From a bacterium (GTDB taxonomy: Bacteria > Ratteibacteria > UBA8468 > B48-G9 > JAFGKM01), in contig DAOQVZ010000003.1 in the NCBI GenBank assembly GCA_035341815.1, positions 1 to 43,165 on the forward strand: 43,165 bases of DNA, given 5' to 3'. Below, one piece after another: positions 1-8,843 of the stretch. The notes beneath the pieces were generated by a model. It saw only the letters and a program-made list of their open reading frames with translations, did no database searches and was not told the DNA's origin. Positions within the stretch are counted from its first letter, which is position 1, and every line of letters starts with the position of its first letter. The position numbers and the translations under genes are program-made.

Positions 1-1218
1 ACCGCCTGCGACCATTACCACAGGTTCAAAGAAGATGTCGGTTTGATGAAAGAACTGGGCGTCAACGCTTACAGGTTTTCCATTTCCTGGCCGAGGGTTT
101 TACCGGATGGAACTGGAAAAGTCAACGACAAAGGACTCGGTTTCTATGACAGGCTGGTAGACGAGTTACAGAAAGCGGGGATAGAACCTTTTATAACTCT
201 TTTCCACTGGGACTTCCCCTATGAACTTTACTGCCGCGGCGGATGGCTTAATCCTGAAAGTCCCCAATGGTTTGAAGAATACGCAGGGACAGTGGTAAGA
301 AAACTGGGAGACAGGGCAAGAAACTGGATAACATTGAACGAACCTCAGTGTTTTGTCATCTTCGGACATAAAGACAATAAAGCCGCCCCGGGAGACATGC
401 TGGGCATAAACGAAATTATCCGCGTCAAACACAATGTTCTTTTATCTCATGGAAGGGCAGTTCAAACCATAAGGGGGATACTGGGCAATAAAGCCGTGAT
501 AGGATATGCCCCGGTAGGCACAGTAGGGATACCCGCAAGCAGTTCTCAAAAAGACATACAGGCGGCAAGAGATTTCATGTTCAAGAGCTCAAAAAAAGAC
601 TTCTGGTGCAACAGCTGGTGGATGGACCCGGTTTACAAGGGCGCTTATCCCGAAGACTTTCTCGAACTGTATGGGAAAATGCTTCCATCAAAATGGCAGA
701 AAGACCTGGCAGTCATCAACCAGCCTCTTGACTTTTTCGGCATAAATATTTACAATGGACGGACTCCCGTGAAAGGCGAGGTAATAGATAATCCCGTTGT
801 ACCCGAACATGTCCCCCTGAACACCCCTCTTACCAATTTTGGATGGCCGGTTACCCCGGAAGCACTTTACTGGGGCCCAAAATTTTTCCATGAGAGGTAC
901 GGCCTGCCCGTGATAATCACTGAAAACGGCATGGCAAACGTTGACTGGGTAAACGCTGACGGAAAAGTCCACGATGCGCAAAGGATTGACTTCATCAGAA
1001 AATACCTCTGCCAGTTTTCAAAAGCGTACAAAGACGGAGTCGGCATAAAAGGCTATTTCCTGTGGTCATTGCTCGACAATTTTGAATGGGGAGACGGATA
1101 CAAGCAGAGGTTTGGCATCACCTATGTCGATTATGTCACGCAAAAAAGGATATTGAAAGATTCCGCCTGCTTTTACAAGCAGGTCATAGAAACAAAAGGC
1201 AAGGCCCTTCAAACTTGA
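1..1218 (+). CDS. GH1 family beta-glucosidase, 5' end cut by the window edge
   Basis: Frame 1 is open from nt 1 (TACDHYHRFKEDVGLMKELG...). GH1 acid/base motif TLNEP and nucleophile motif ITENG are both present. Stop at 1216-1218. Confidence 0.9.
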   Translation, partial: TACDHYHRFKEDVGLMKELGVNAYRFSISWPRVLPDGTGKVNDKGLGFYDRLVDELQKAGIEPFITLFHWDFPYELYCRGGWLNPESPQWFEEYAGTVVRKLGDRARNWITLNEPQCFVIFGHKDNKAAPGDMLGINEIIRVKHNVLLSHGRAVQTIRGILGNKAVIGYAPVGTVGIPASSSQKDIQAARDFMFKSSKKDFWCNSWWMDPVYKGAYPEDFLELYGKMLPSKWQKDLAVINQPLDFFGINIYNGRTPVKGEVIDNPVVPEHVPLNTPLTNFGWPVTPEALYWGPKFFHERYGLPVIITENGMANVDWVNADGKVHDAQRIDFIRKYLCQFSKAYKDGVGIKGYFLWSLLDNFEWGDGYKQRFGITYVDYVTQKRILKDSACFYKQVIETKGKALQT

Positions 1219-1267
1219 CGACACCATGGGAATCCTGTAAAATAGTAGGAAAACGGAAGAAAAAACT

Positions 1268-2515
1268 ATGCAACGAATAACAGAATTGATGTTTCTTCAG
1301 CAGCTGGCAAAAAGGTCAAAACTGCCCGTGCCGGAATATGCGGTTGCTCCCCTTGACAGGCAGGAAATAAAAACCCTCTTTGCCAGGTGGGGAAAAACCG
1401 TGGTAAAAGCCGACGTGCTTGCCGGCAAAAAAGGGAAAGCCGGGCTTGTCAGGATATGCGGAGATCCTTCCCGCATGCAACAGGACATAAACGACATTCT
1501 TCACTCGGAATTAAACGGCAAGAGGCCGCGCGCGGTATACCTGACCCAATACATACCTGCTGAAATGGAAATATATACTGCGATAACTTACAATACTTCA
1601 TTTCTCGGCCCGTCTCTTACCATCTCCATGAAAGGCGGCGTTGACATAGAAGAAGTGGAGGAAAAAGACAAGCGCACCATTCCCGTAGACGTTTACAAGG
1701 GACTGGACGCTTACCAGGCAAGCCAGGTTCTCTCGAGCCTTAAATGCCCAAGGAAACTGGTAAGCCCTTTTTCGAGGTGCCTTGTTGATTTCTGGGATTT
1801 CTTCATTTCAAGCGGCATGAAGATGTGCGAGATAAATCCCTGGCGTATTTCCCAGAGCGGCAGTATATACGCATGCGATTTCAAGGCAGTGCTCGACGAA
1901 TCAAATTTCAAGACGCGCAACCTGGCGATAACATTTCCCGAATACCCTGAAAATACCACCCCCTTTGAAGAAGAGATGAAAGAACTGTCGGCTTCCTCCC
2001 ACCAGGGTCAGATACACGTTTCAAACCTGCCGGGAGACCTTATCCTGCCCATACTTTTCGGAGGAGGTTCCTCAACGATTATAACAGAAACCCTGATGAA
2101 CTTCGGAGGCAGCCCCATCTTTTTGTCCGACTTCGGAGGGAATCCTTCTTATGAGAGAATGTATAAGGCAGCTTCTATCTGTTTCAACCATTATCTTGAA
2201 AAAGCTTCCCTTTTGCTGATACTGGGAGGGAAAGCCAATAATACCATGATAGACGTAACATTCCAGGCAATCGCCGGCGCCCTCAACGATTACGCGGAAG
2301 AACACGGTCCGGTCTACATTCCCGTGGTCATAGGGCGTGGAGGACCACGCCTTGCCAAGGGCATGACAATAATGAAAGACACTCTCGAAAATCTCCGTCT
2401 TCCTTACGTCATGTTCGGACACGATACGCCTGTCACAATGGTAGCCGAATACGCGGCTAAACTTGCCAGGGCATTCAACGCAATGAAAAAAAATGAACGC
2501 AAAAAAACTTACTGA
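1268..2515 (+). CDS. aclB: ATP-citrate lyase beta subunit (SucC-like ATP-grasp subunit; citryl-CoA synthetase large subunit is the alternative)
   Basis: 415-aa ORF with a SucC-like ATP-grasp N-terminus (KADVLAGKKGKAGLV). Its 3' end overlaps the next gene, which carries the CoA-ligase and citrate-synthase-like domains, by 23 nt. Confidence 0.7.
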   Translation: MQRITELMFLQQLAKRSKLPVPEYAVAPLDRQEIKTLFARWGKTVVKADVLAGKKGKAGLVRICGDPSRMQQDINDILHSELNGKRPRAVYLTQYIPAEMEIYTAITYNTSFLGPSLTISMKGGVDIEEVEEKDKRTIPVDVYKGLDAYQASQVLSSLKCPRKLVSPFSRCLVDFWDFFISSGMKMCEINPWRISQSGSIYACDFKAVLDESNFKTRNLAITFPEYPENTTPFEEEMKELSASSHQGQIHVSNLPGDLILPILFGGGSSTIITETLMNFGGSPIFLSDFGGNPSYERMYKAASICFNHYLEKASLLLILGGKANNTMIDVTFQAIAGALNDYAEEHGPVYIPVVIGRGGPRLAKGMTIMKDTLENLRLPYVMFGHDTPVTMVAEYAAKLARAFNAMKKNERKKTY

Positions 2516-4589
2516 CATACTGAAAAAAGGCGATAATGTTGCAGTTTCAAACATCACGGGCCGCGAAGCAAGCAAAGTTACGGTCATATCCCAGAATTAC
2601 TGCAACAATATAACAGGGGGCTGGGCGCTCGGAAAAGACGGGCAGTTACTGGAATGCGGGCCCGGCAAATCCATCCCTGTGTTTGCGACGTTCGGAGAAC
2701 TGGTCAAGGGACTTCCCGGAGAAAAACTTCCCAACAAAATCGTAGTATATTCGCCTCCGGAAGCCGTGTACGGAGAAGTAAAGGAAATATTATATTTCGG
2801 CAAGAACCTCGTGGAAACAATCTTCATTATTACCGAGCACGTCTCGGTAGAAGTCACGGCGAAAATCCACCTGCTTGCCAATGAAGCAAAAATTGATGTT
2901 ATAGGCTGCAACACGCTGGGATTCATTAACGTATACGACAGTGTCAGGGTGGGCGCCATAGGGGGAGACAATCCGTCCGAAAGCTTCAAAAAAGGAAGCG
3001 CCTGCATCATTTCCAACAGCGGGAACATGGTAACCACAATGGCAACGTACCTTCTTTCGGCAGGAATAGGCTGTTCTTTCGGCATTTCGACGGGCAAAGA
3101 CACGCTTATCCTGACACCGCTCAAGGAACTTCTTGCCCTCGCGGCAAAAGACTCAAACACCCATTTTATCGTGCTTTATGTTGAACCCGGAGGAATATAC
3201 GAAAAAGAAGCTATGGAAATGATGCAGAAGACAAAATTTCCCAAGCCCGTAATAGTATATGTCGCCGGCAGGATTCTTGAAACGCAGGATGTTTCACTCG
3301 GACACGCAGGTGCGGTTGTTGAAAGCCACGCATCCAGGGCAACGGAGAAAATGGCGCTTTTTGACAGCTATTTCGGGATTGAACCATTTGACCCTCTCAG
3401 GAAGTATGAAAAAAATGCGAAGACCGCAAAATCCCTTAAAAGAGGCATAAGAATACAGACACTTCACCACCTTCCCGAAGCCGCAAGCCTGATATTAAGA
3501 ACTAACAGGATAGAACGGGCCTTTACCCCTTCAAAAAAAATCCAGCTCAACCCATGGTTTGCCAACTACGGGGAACTGGGCAAGAAACTCCCCGTCCCCC
3601 TGGTTCTGCCCGCCGGGAATATTGCCGAACCTTACTTTTCACAATTCTCTCTGCTGAACGAGAGCAAACTCGGCAAGAGCGTTGTCAAAAGAAACATGCG
3701 CAATGCCAGTTACGCCTCCGGAAACGACGGAACAGGCGCAACCGTGTACGGAATTCCCGTTACGGACCTAATGCGGGAAAAAAACCTTGCAGATTCCGTT
3801 ATACTCCACTGGTTCGGAGAAATGCCGAAATATTCGTTTGAAACAAGGCTTGTGGAAATGTGCCTTATCGCTTCACTGACCAACGGTCCCGGCACGATTT
3901 CTGCACAAGGGGCAAAACTTTCGGCATCGGCAGGCAACCTGCCCCACACCGGCATGATAGCCGCCCTTGCCGCAATAGGCGAAATACACGGCGGGAACGG
4001 CAAAGAAGCCGCGGAGTACCTCATCAGGATATTTGAAAAATCCGGACTCCAAGACCCTTATGACAAAACAGAAGCCGCAAGAATACTGGGAAAAATCGTT
4101 AACGACCAGGCAGAAAAATTCAAGAAAGAAAAAATGGTGGCCATTGAATCAGGACTTGAATACGAAAAAATCCCGTGCCTGGGACATCCTGTATTCAAAA
4201 ACAGCGAAGTGAACTACGACCCGCGGGAACAGCTCATAAGCGGGTACATGAAGGAAAAAAACGTTTACAACATATTTCTTGATTTCTACCACCGGCTTGT
4301 TTTTGCGCTGAAGGAAACAGGAGCAACCTCAAAAGTGCTGGCAGTAAACCTGGATGCCGCAATCGCATGCGTTTGCATGGGTATCGCATGGAAACTTCTC
4401 AGGGAAAAACGCATAACCATTAAGAGGGCAACGGCAATACCTTTCGTGCTTTTCGCGCTCGGCAGGGCGGCGGGAGCCGCAGGAGAGTTCCTCGACCACA
4501 GCGACCACGGAACAGACATGGACATGAGGGTGCCGACTTCAGAATGCCAGATTCTCACCAGGCAGCGGCCACTGCGCAAACCCCGCTGA
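2493..4589 (+). CDS. aclA: ATP-citrate lyase alpha subunit (SucD-like CoA-binding/ligase domain fused to a citrate-synthase-like citryl-CoA lyase domain)
   Basis: 698 aa. Has a SucD-like phosphohistidine loop (SLGHAGAVVES) and C-terminal citrate-synthase-family motifs (TNGPGTISAQGAKLSASAG, IPCLGHPVFKNSEVNYDPR). Confidence 0.75.
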   Translation: MNAKKLTDILKKGDNVAVSNITGREASKVTVISQNYCNNITGGWALGKDGQLLECGPGKSIPVFATFGELVKGLPGEKLPNKIVVYSPPEAVYGEVKEILYFGKNLVETIFIITEHVSVEVTAKIHLLANEAKIDVIGCNTLGFINVYDSVRVGAIGGDNPSESFKKGSACIISNSGNMVTTMATYLLSAGIGCSFGISTGKDTLILTPLKELLALAAKDSNTHFIVLYVEPGGIYEKEAMEMMQKTKFPKPVIVYVAGRILETQDVSLGHAGAVVESHASRATEKMALFDSYFGIEPFDPLRKYEKNAKTAKSLKRGIRIQTLHHLPEAASLILRTNRIERAFTPSKKIQLNPWFANYGELGKKLPVPLVLPAGNIAEPYFSQFSLLNESKLGKSVVKRNMRNASYASGNDGTGATVYGIPVTDLMREKNLADSVILHWFGEMPKYSFETRLVEMCLIASLTNGPGTISAQGAKLSASAGNLPHTGMIAALAAIGEIHGGNGKEAAEYLIRIFEKSGLQDPYDKTEAARILGKIVNDQAEKFKKEKMVAIESGLEYEKIPCLGHPVFKNSEVNYDPREQLISGYMKEKNVYNIFLDFYHRLVFALKETGATSKVLAVNLDAAIACVCMGIAWKLLREKRITIKRATAIPFVLFALGRAAGAAGEFLDHSDHGTDMDMRVPTSECQILTRQRPLRKPR

Positions 4590-5022
4590 CCCCGGCCATA
4601 TTTATATTTTTGAAGTTACGGTCAATTAGAACAGCATTCCTCGTCCCTTTCTTTCCATCCATCTTATCATCTCTGCGGATAGTAAGCAGGAGCCATTACT
4701 TTAGCGGTGCGATTCTGCCATAATTTCGAAAAAATTTTGGCGGACTTGTCCGCTAGCTCGTTTGACGAAAAAGACGTCAGATAATAGTACCCTCTTTGAA
4801 ATTTCTTGCTAAAAACATGAATTTTATCTGCAAATCCAACGGTCTTTTGTATATTTCCAGTTTTTCAAATATAGATGGCACGTTTTTGAAAATAGAAAAT
4901 AGAAATTTGACCGAATCGAAAATCTAATCTCGAATCTCGATTTTACCAAGCTCTCTGCCCGGAATATCTCTATTCTCTTTTTCCCTCAATTCTCGATTTT
5001 CAATTTTCGATTTTCACTACGG

Positions 5023-5107
5023 CGGAGAGGGTGGGAGTCGAACCCACGATCCGTTTCCGGATACGCGCTTTCCAAGCGCGCGCACTCGGCCTCTATGCGA
5101 CCTCTCC
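5023..5107 (-). tRNA. tRNA-Ser (anticodon GGA), long variable arm, CCA not encoded
   Basis: The reverse complement folds as acceptor GGAGAGG/CCTCTCC, anticodon stem CGCGC/GCGCG with loop TTGGAAA, variable arm TATCCGGAAACGGATC and T-arm GTGGG-TTCGACT-CCCAC. Confidence 0.9.
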
Positions 5108-5242
5108 CGGTAAACAGAGCAATAGAAAATCGATAATCGAAATTTGATTAAAACAGCCATAACAATTTTCTAATGCCCGTTACTCTCGAATTGTAATTCC
5201 TAAACCTGCTGAATATGGTTGCCGGAATATAAGTTTAAAGAT

Positions 5243-5446
5243 TTAAGCTGCGGATTCTTTCTTGGCAGCTACATGTTTAACGGGTAGTTTATACCCTGCT
5301 TTCAAGCGCTTGACAAGCATTCTCTGGGCAGGCTTTCCAAGCTTGTCATAAGCAACTTTTCCCTTGTCCATGGCCTTTAGCTTGTCTTTTGACCTTCTCA
5401 CGCTCTTTTTATGCAGTATTGCCATTTTTCTCTTTATTTTTCCCAT
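5243..5446 (-). CDS. Small, strongly basic hypothetical protein (67 aa)
   Basis: ORF MGKIKRKMAILHKKSVRRSKDK... is preceded by AAGGAG 5 nt upstream of the ATG at 5446. The track's GTG start at 5452 would overlap that SD. No family recognised. Confidence 0.5.
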   Translation of the reverse strand: MGKIKRKMAILHKKSVRRSKDKLKAMDKGKVAYDKLGKPAQRMLVKRLKAGYKLPVKHVAAKKESAA

Positions 5447-5452
5447 TAACAC

Positions 5453-6011
5453 TCCTTTACCCCGTTTACCCCGGGTGTTTCCGGGGAACTCTTCTTTGAT
5501 ACACTTTCACGGTGAGGGGTTATGATTCACCGCTTTACCCCGCTTGTACCGGGCTTTTCCGGTATTTACCCCGGGCATTTCCGGGGCTTGTCCCGTTTAC
5601 CCGAGCATTTCCGGGGAACTCTATTCTGTTTCTCCTCAATTGTGAGGGGAACCCTTCTTTGTTATACTTTCACGGTGAGGGGCTTGTCCTGAACTCTGCC
5701 ATGTATCCCTTTCACGGTGAGGGGTTATGATTTTTCGCTTTTACTTTCTTTATCCCGGGTGTTTCCGTGGTTTACTGACGGAGGACCGTCCTCCGCAAAA
5801 AACGCCGAGGACCGACCTCCATCAAATTCTTTTTGCGTATGGACGCCGCTACAAAAGACCTTCTACGAAGCACTCCCCTTTTTGTCACCCTGAGATGTAT
5901 CTACTCAGGGTCTTAGTTTGAAATCCTGAAACAAGCTTGCCCTGATATGTATCTGTTTATCCTGGAAGGATTCAGGGTTCAGAATGACAGAAACAAGTAT
6001 TAGCTAAATAT
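5453..6011. repeat. Dense array of short hairpin and direct-repeat modules (REP/BIME-like mosaic region)
   Basis: Contains at least 5 hairpins of the form CC(C)CGG-N6-CCGG(G)G (e.g. ccccgggtgtttccgggg, ccccgggcatttccgggg, taccgggcttttccggta). cacggtgagggg occurs 3 times. Also has the palindrome cggaggaccgtcctccg and copies of the TGTCAYCCTGAR...YTCAGGRT hairpin. Confidence 0.8.
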
Positions 6012-7187
6012 TTATTTCTGGCCTACCTGCCTTACTTTGATAAACCTGCCTTTTTCAACCGACTCTTTAGCCGCAAGGCATGCGTATACGCTCTGGATGC
6101 CGTCCTGTACGGAGGCTATAGATTTTCCCTTTCCCCTGACAATGTTTATGAAATTCCTCGCAAGCAGAGAATCTCCTCCGAAATGGCTTGCCACCGAACC
6201 TGCCTCCACCGTATCTGAAAAAGGTTTGTGGTGCCTGACATATTTCATTTTATTTTCATACCAGTCAAATTTCAGTGTGCCGAGATATCCGCTCACTGTG
6301 GAACCCCTCGCCGCGGCGTCTCTCCTTGAGAAAAAAACCTGTGTGTAAATACCGTGGGCTCCCGACGCAAACTCCACCACCGCGCTTGAAGCATCTTCGT
6401 TGGTGCCTTTTTCAAGGGACCCGCAGTCAACACTGTAGACGCAGGGATGGTCTTTGGTATGGTAGCCGGAACCGTTCAATTCCCTGTTCACCGGACTCTC
6501 AAGACATGTATCAGCTTCACTGCAATCCGAACACCTCAGACCGCTCTTTTTCTTCCCGCCGAATACCTGCATAAAGGTTGCCATTGCTCCTACCCTGACT
6601 ATGGAAGAACCCATCAGGTAAGACATGTAGTCAAAATCATGCGTAGCCTTCTGCAGAAAAAGACCCTGGGTTATCTTGTAGTTGCGGTACTCGTGCTCCC
6701 AGTAAACGGTCCCGTATGGAACGTAATTCCAGGACATTATATGGACAGGCTTTCCCACTGCCCCGCTTTCTATCTTTTCTTTTGCAAACCGGCACATGGG
6801 CGTGGCCCTCAAACCGAAACCCACGACAACCTCACACCTTGATTTTTCAAACGCCCTTTCGAGCTCAACCGCCTGTTTCATGTTTATAGCAACAGGCTTT
6901 TCAAGAAACAGGGGAATATCGCATTTTGCCGCCTTGACAGCATAAGGCGCATGAAGATTGCACCTGGTACCTATGGCAAGCGCATCGAGTTTCGCCTTGC
7001 TTACCATTTCTTCAAACGTTTTATAAAAAACAACGTCTTTCCTATCCTGTTCTGCAAGCCTTGAACGCGCCCCTTCTTCATCGGGGTCAACTATGCCTGC
7101 AACACGTATTTCCGGAACAATCTTTGCCAGCTGATGGTTGATTACCCCGCTTATCCTTCGCCCGAATCCTGCAACGCCTATTCTCAT
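6012..7187 (-). CDS. Gfo/Idh/MocA family NAD(P)-dependent oxidoreductase
   Basis: 391 aa. N-terminal Rossmann signature MRIGVAGFGRR and the family's LFLEKP motif. Confidence 0.8.
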   Translation of the reverse strand: MRIGVAGFGRRISGVINHQLAKIVPEIRVAGIVDPDEEGARSRLAEQDRKDVVFYKTFEEMVSKAKLDALAIGTRCNLHAPYAVKAAKCDIPLFLEKPVAINMKQAVELERAFEKSRCEVVVGFGLRATPMCRFAKEKIESGAVGKPVHIMSWNYVPYGTVYWEHEYRNYKITQGLFLQKATHDFDYMSYLMGSSIVRVGAMATFMQVFGGKKKSGLRCSDCSEADTCLESPVNRELNGSGYHTKDHPCVYSVDCGSLEKGTNEDASSAVVEFASGAHGIYTQVFFSRRDAAARGSTVSGYLGTLKFDWYENKMKYVRHHKPFSDTVEAGSVASHFGGDSLLARNFINIVRGKGKSIASVQDGIQSVYACLAAKESVEKGRFIKVRQVGQK

Positions 7188-7217
7188 TTTTGTTCTCCAG
7201 CCTATAATGCAAACAGT

Positions 7218-8003
7218 TTATTTCTTGTCTTCAATACCAAGAAGTTTCGCCATCGTTCCGTAAAGAACCTTGTGGCGCAGTTCGTCAGAAAGGTTAAGTT
7301 CTTTAAAAAGCCTGAGATAATCGTTAAGCGTATCTTCTATAAGCTCTATGCTCACATCTGAACCGAAGACTATTTTTTCCCACGCGTGCTGTTTATGGGG
7401 ACTGTACAATCCTTCCTCTTTCCACCAAAGGAGATTTCCTATGAACTCGGAAGATTTCTTCTTCAAAGTAGAGCCCGAAAGGTCGAAATAGAGATTCGGG
7501 TCCCAGCGGGCGGACATTGAAGCTTCTTCATACCAGGGATTTCCCAGGTGCGCCCCTATGATAACAAGGTCCGGAAACGCCCTCGATATGGTGTCAAGGT
7601 ATATGGGGCGATGGCGGTTGTTGTCAGTGTCAAGGTAACGGCCCGCCTGGGGGTTCCTGTTGGAAACAATCCCCAGATGGAATATTCCCAGAAGCCTGTG
7701 TTCTTCCATCTTTCCGTAAATGCTGTAAAAATTCCTGTCGTCGTAATTCTTCGCGGGACGTATAAACTTGATGCCCCTGAAGCCCATCTTTACAAATTCT
7801 TCAACCATTGAAGCGTTGTCAACTCCAAGTTTAAGAAGTCCGAAACCCACAATAAGGTCGGGATACTTGTCCATTGCTTTCTTAGTAGCTTCATTATTCC
7901 CGAAACAAATTATTTTCTTTATGTTCAGCCTGGCGCATTCGTCTGCAAGCTTCTTCCAGTCTTCCGGCTTGGCGCTTATATGGTGATGCACATCTATAAT
8001 CAT
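7218..8003 (-). CDS. Amidohydrolase-2 (TIM-barrel metal-dependent hydrolase) family protein
   Basis: 261 aa. N-terminal metal-binding MIIDVHHH, internal GAHLG, C-terminal FGSD. Confidence 0.75.
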   Translation of the reverse strand: MIIDVHHHISAKPEDWKKLADECARLNIKKIICFGNNEATKKAMDKYPDLIVGFGLLKLGVDNASMVEEFVKMGFRGIKFIRPAKNYDDRNFYSIYGKMEEHRLLGIFHLGIVSNRNPQAGRYLDTDNNRHRPIYLDTISRAFPDLVIIGAHLGNPWYEEASMSARWDPNLYFDLSGSTLKKKSSEFIGNLLWWKEEGLYSPHKQHAWEKIVFGSDVSIELIEDTLNDYLRLFKELNLSDELRHKVLYGTMAKLLGIEDKK

Positions 8004-8049
8004 TGTTACACCCTCCTGTTTTTAAGCCCTTATTATAACATTTATTCCC

Positions 8050-8826
8050 TTATTTTAAAAGTTGAGAGTTTCCATGCCCGGCGATTATATAAATCTCGGC
8101 ATACCCGCATCCGCATTTTTTCCCCCAATCCATATTTCTTTCCCTGACATAATGGGGGACCTTCCGGGAAACATGCATGTCCACCAGTTCCATCTTCCTG
8201 TCCGCGTATCCCGATATGTCCACAAAGACATCCCAAAGGTTGTTTGTTGCGCCCGTATTCCAGCACCCTTCCTGCCATAGAAGAAGCCCTCCACTGTAGC
8301 CATCAGAGACAGCATCTTCGTAGCTCTTTGCAGCAAGAAGGGCCGTCGCAAGATGTTCAATCTGTTCGTTGTCCACGCCATGCGTAACAATCCACTCGGG
8401 ATTATTGCTGAGAATGATATCCTTCAATTCGTTTCTTGACTCCTGGTTTTCATGCGCGGTAAGAATGGACGGCACGTTTTCAGCAACCCCTTCAGGGATG
8501 CCGCATCCGTACCTCAATTCTTTCAGTTCCCCTTCCCTGCTGTTGTAGTTGCGCTGGGGATGGTCAAGGAAAACAGGACACGCGGCAACTTTCAACGCGG
8601 CGGCAACAGCTTCGGACTTGCGCAGCCTCATCATTTCAAGGGAACCCGGTTTTGCAACTCTTATGCTTCCGTCAAGAGGACACCTGGTCCAGACCCCTGA
8701 CATATTGTTCGTAGTGATAACATAAATTATGCGGTAACCCTCATCGAAATATTTCAGGACCGTCCCTCCGGCAAAAACCTCTATATCTCCCGAGTGAGCC
8801 CCTATAAACATGATTGTTTTTATCAT
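8050..8826 (-). CDS. PIG-L/LmbE family deacetylase paralog A (variant AHSGD motif)
   Basis: The first ATG at 8826 has AAGGAG 9 nt upstream; the track's start at 8847 is a TTG. Motif IGAHSGDIE aligns to the canonical AHPDD. Clearly paralogous along its length to the adjacent gene. Confidence 0.75.
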   Translation of the reverse strand: MIKTIMFIGAHSGDIEVFAGGTVLKYFDEGYRIIYVITTNNMSGVWTRCPLDGSIRVAKPGSLEMMRLRKSEAVAAALKVAACPVFLDHPQRNYNSREGELKELRYGCGIPEGVAENVPSILTAHENQESRNELKDIILSNNPEWIVTHGVDNEQIEHLATALLAAKSYEDAVSDGYSGGLLLWQEGCWNTGATNNLWDVFVDISGYADRKMELVDMHVSRKVPHYVRERNMDWGKKCGCGYAEIYIIAGHGNSQLLK

Positions 8827-8843
8827 CTGCTGTTTCTCCTTCT

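Noticed and set aside
4590-5022. Possible ncRNA or small ORF in the 430-nt spacer after aclA
   Set aside because: There is no convincing conserved ncRNA core, no strong extended structure and no SD-led ORF. Only a small hairpin (gcggacttgtccgc) and AT-rich repeats were found.
5512-5921. Track ORFs 5512-5730 (72 aa) and 5727-5921 (64 aa)
   Set aside because: Both lie entirely inside the hairpin-repeat array. Their translations are repeat-derived low-complexity strings (FHGEGL twice, plus near-repeated RAFPGLVPFT/RAFPGNSILF), and there is no RBS.
5453-6011. Possible CRISPR array, because of many short repeated GC-rich palindromic units
   Set aside because: The repeats are heterogeneous in sequence and length. 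Spacing is irregular and there is no constant repeat/unique-spacer periodicity. The same modules occur singly at other loci, and no cas genes are in the window.
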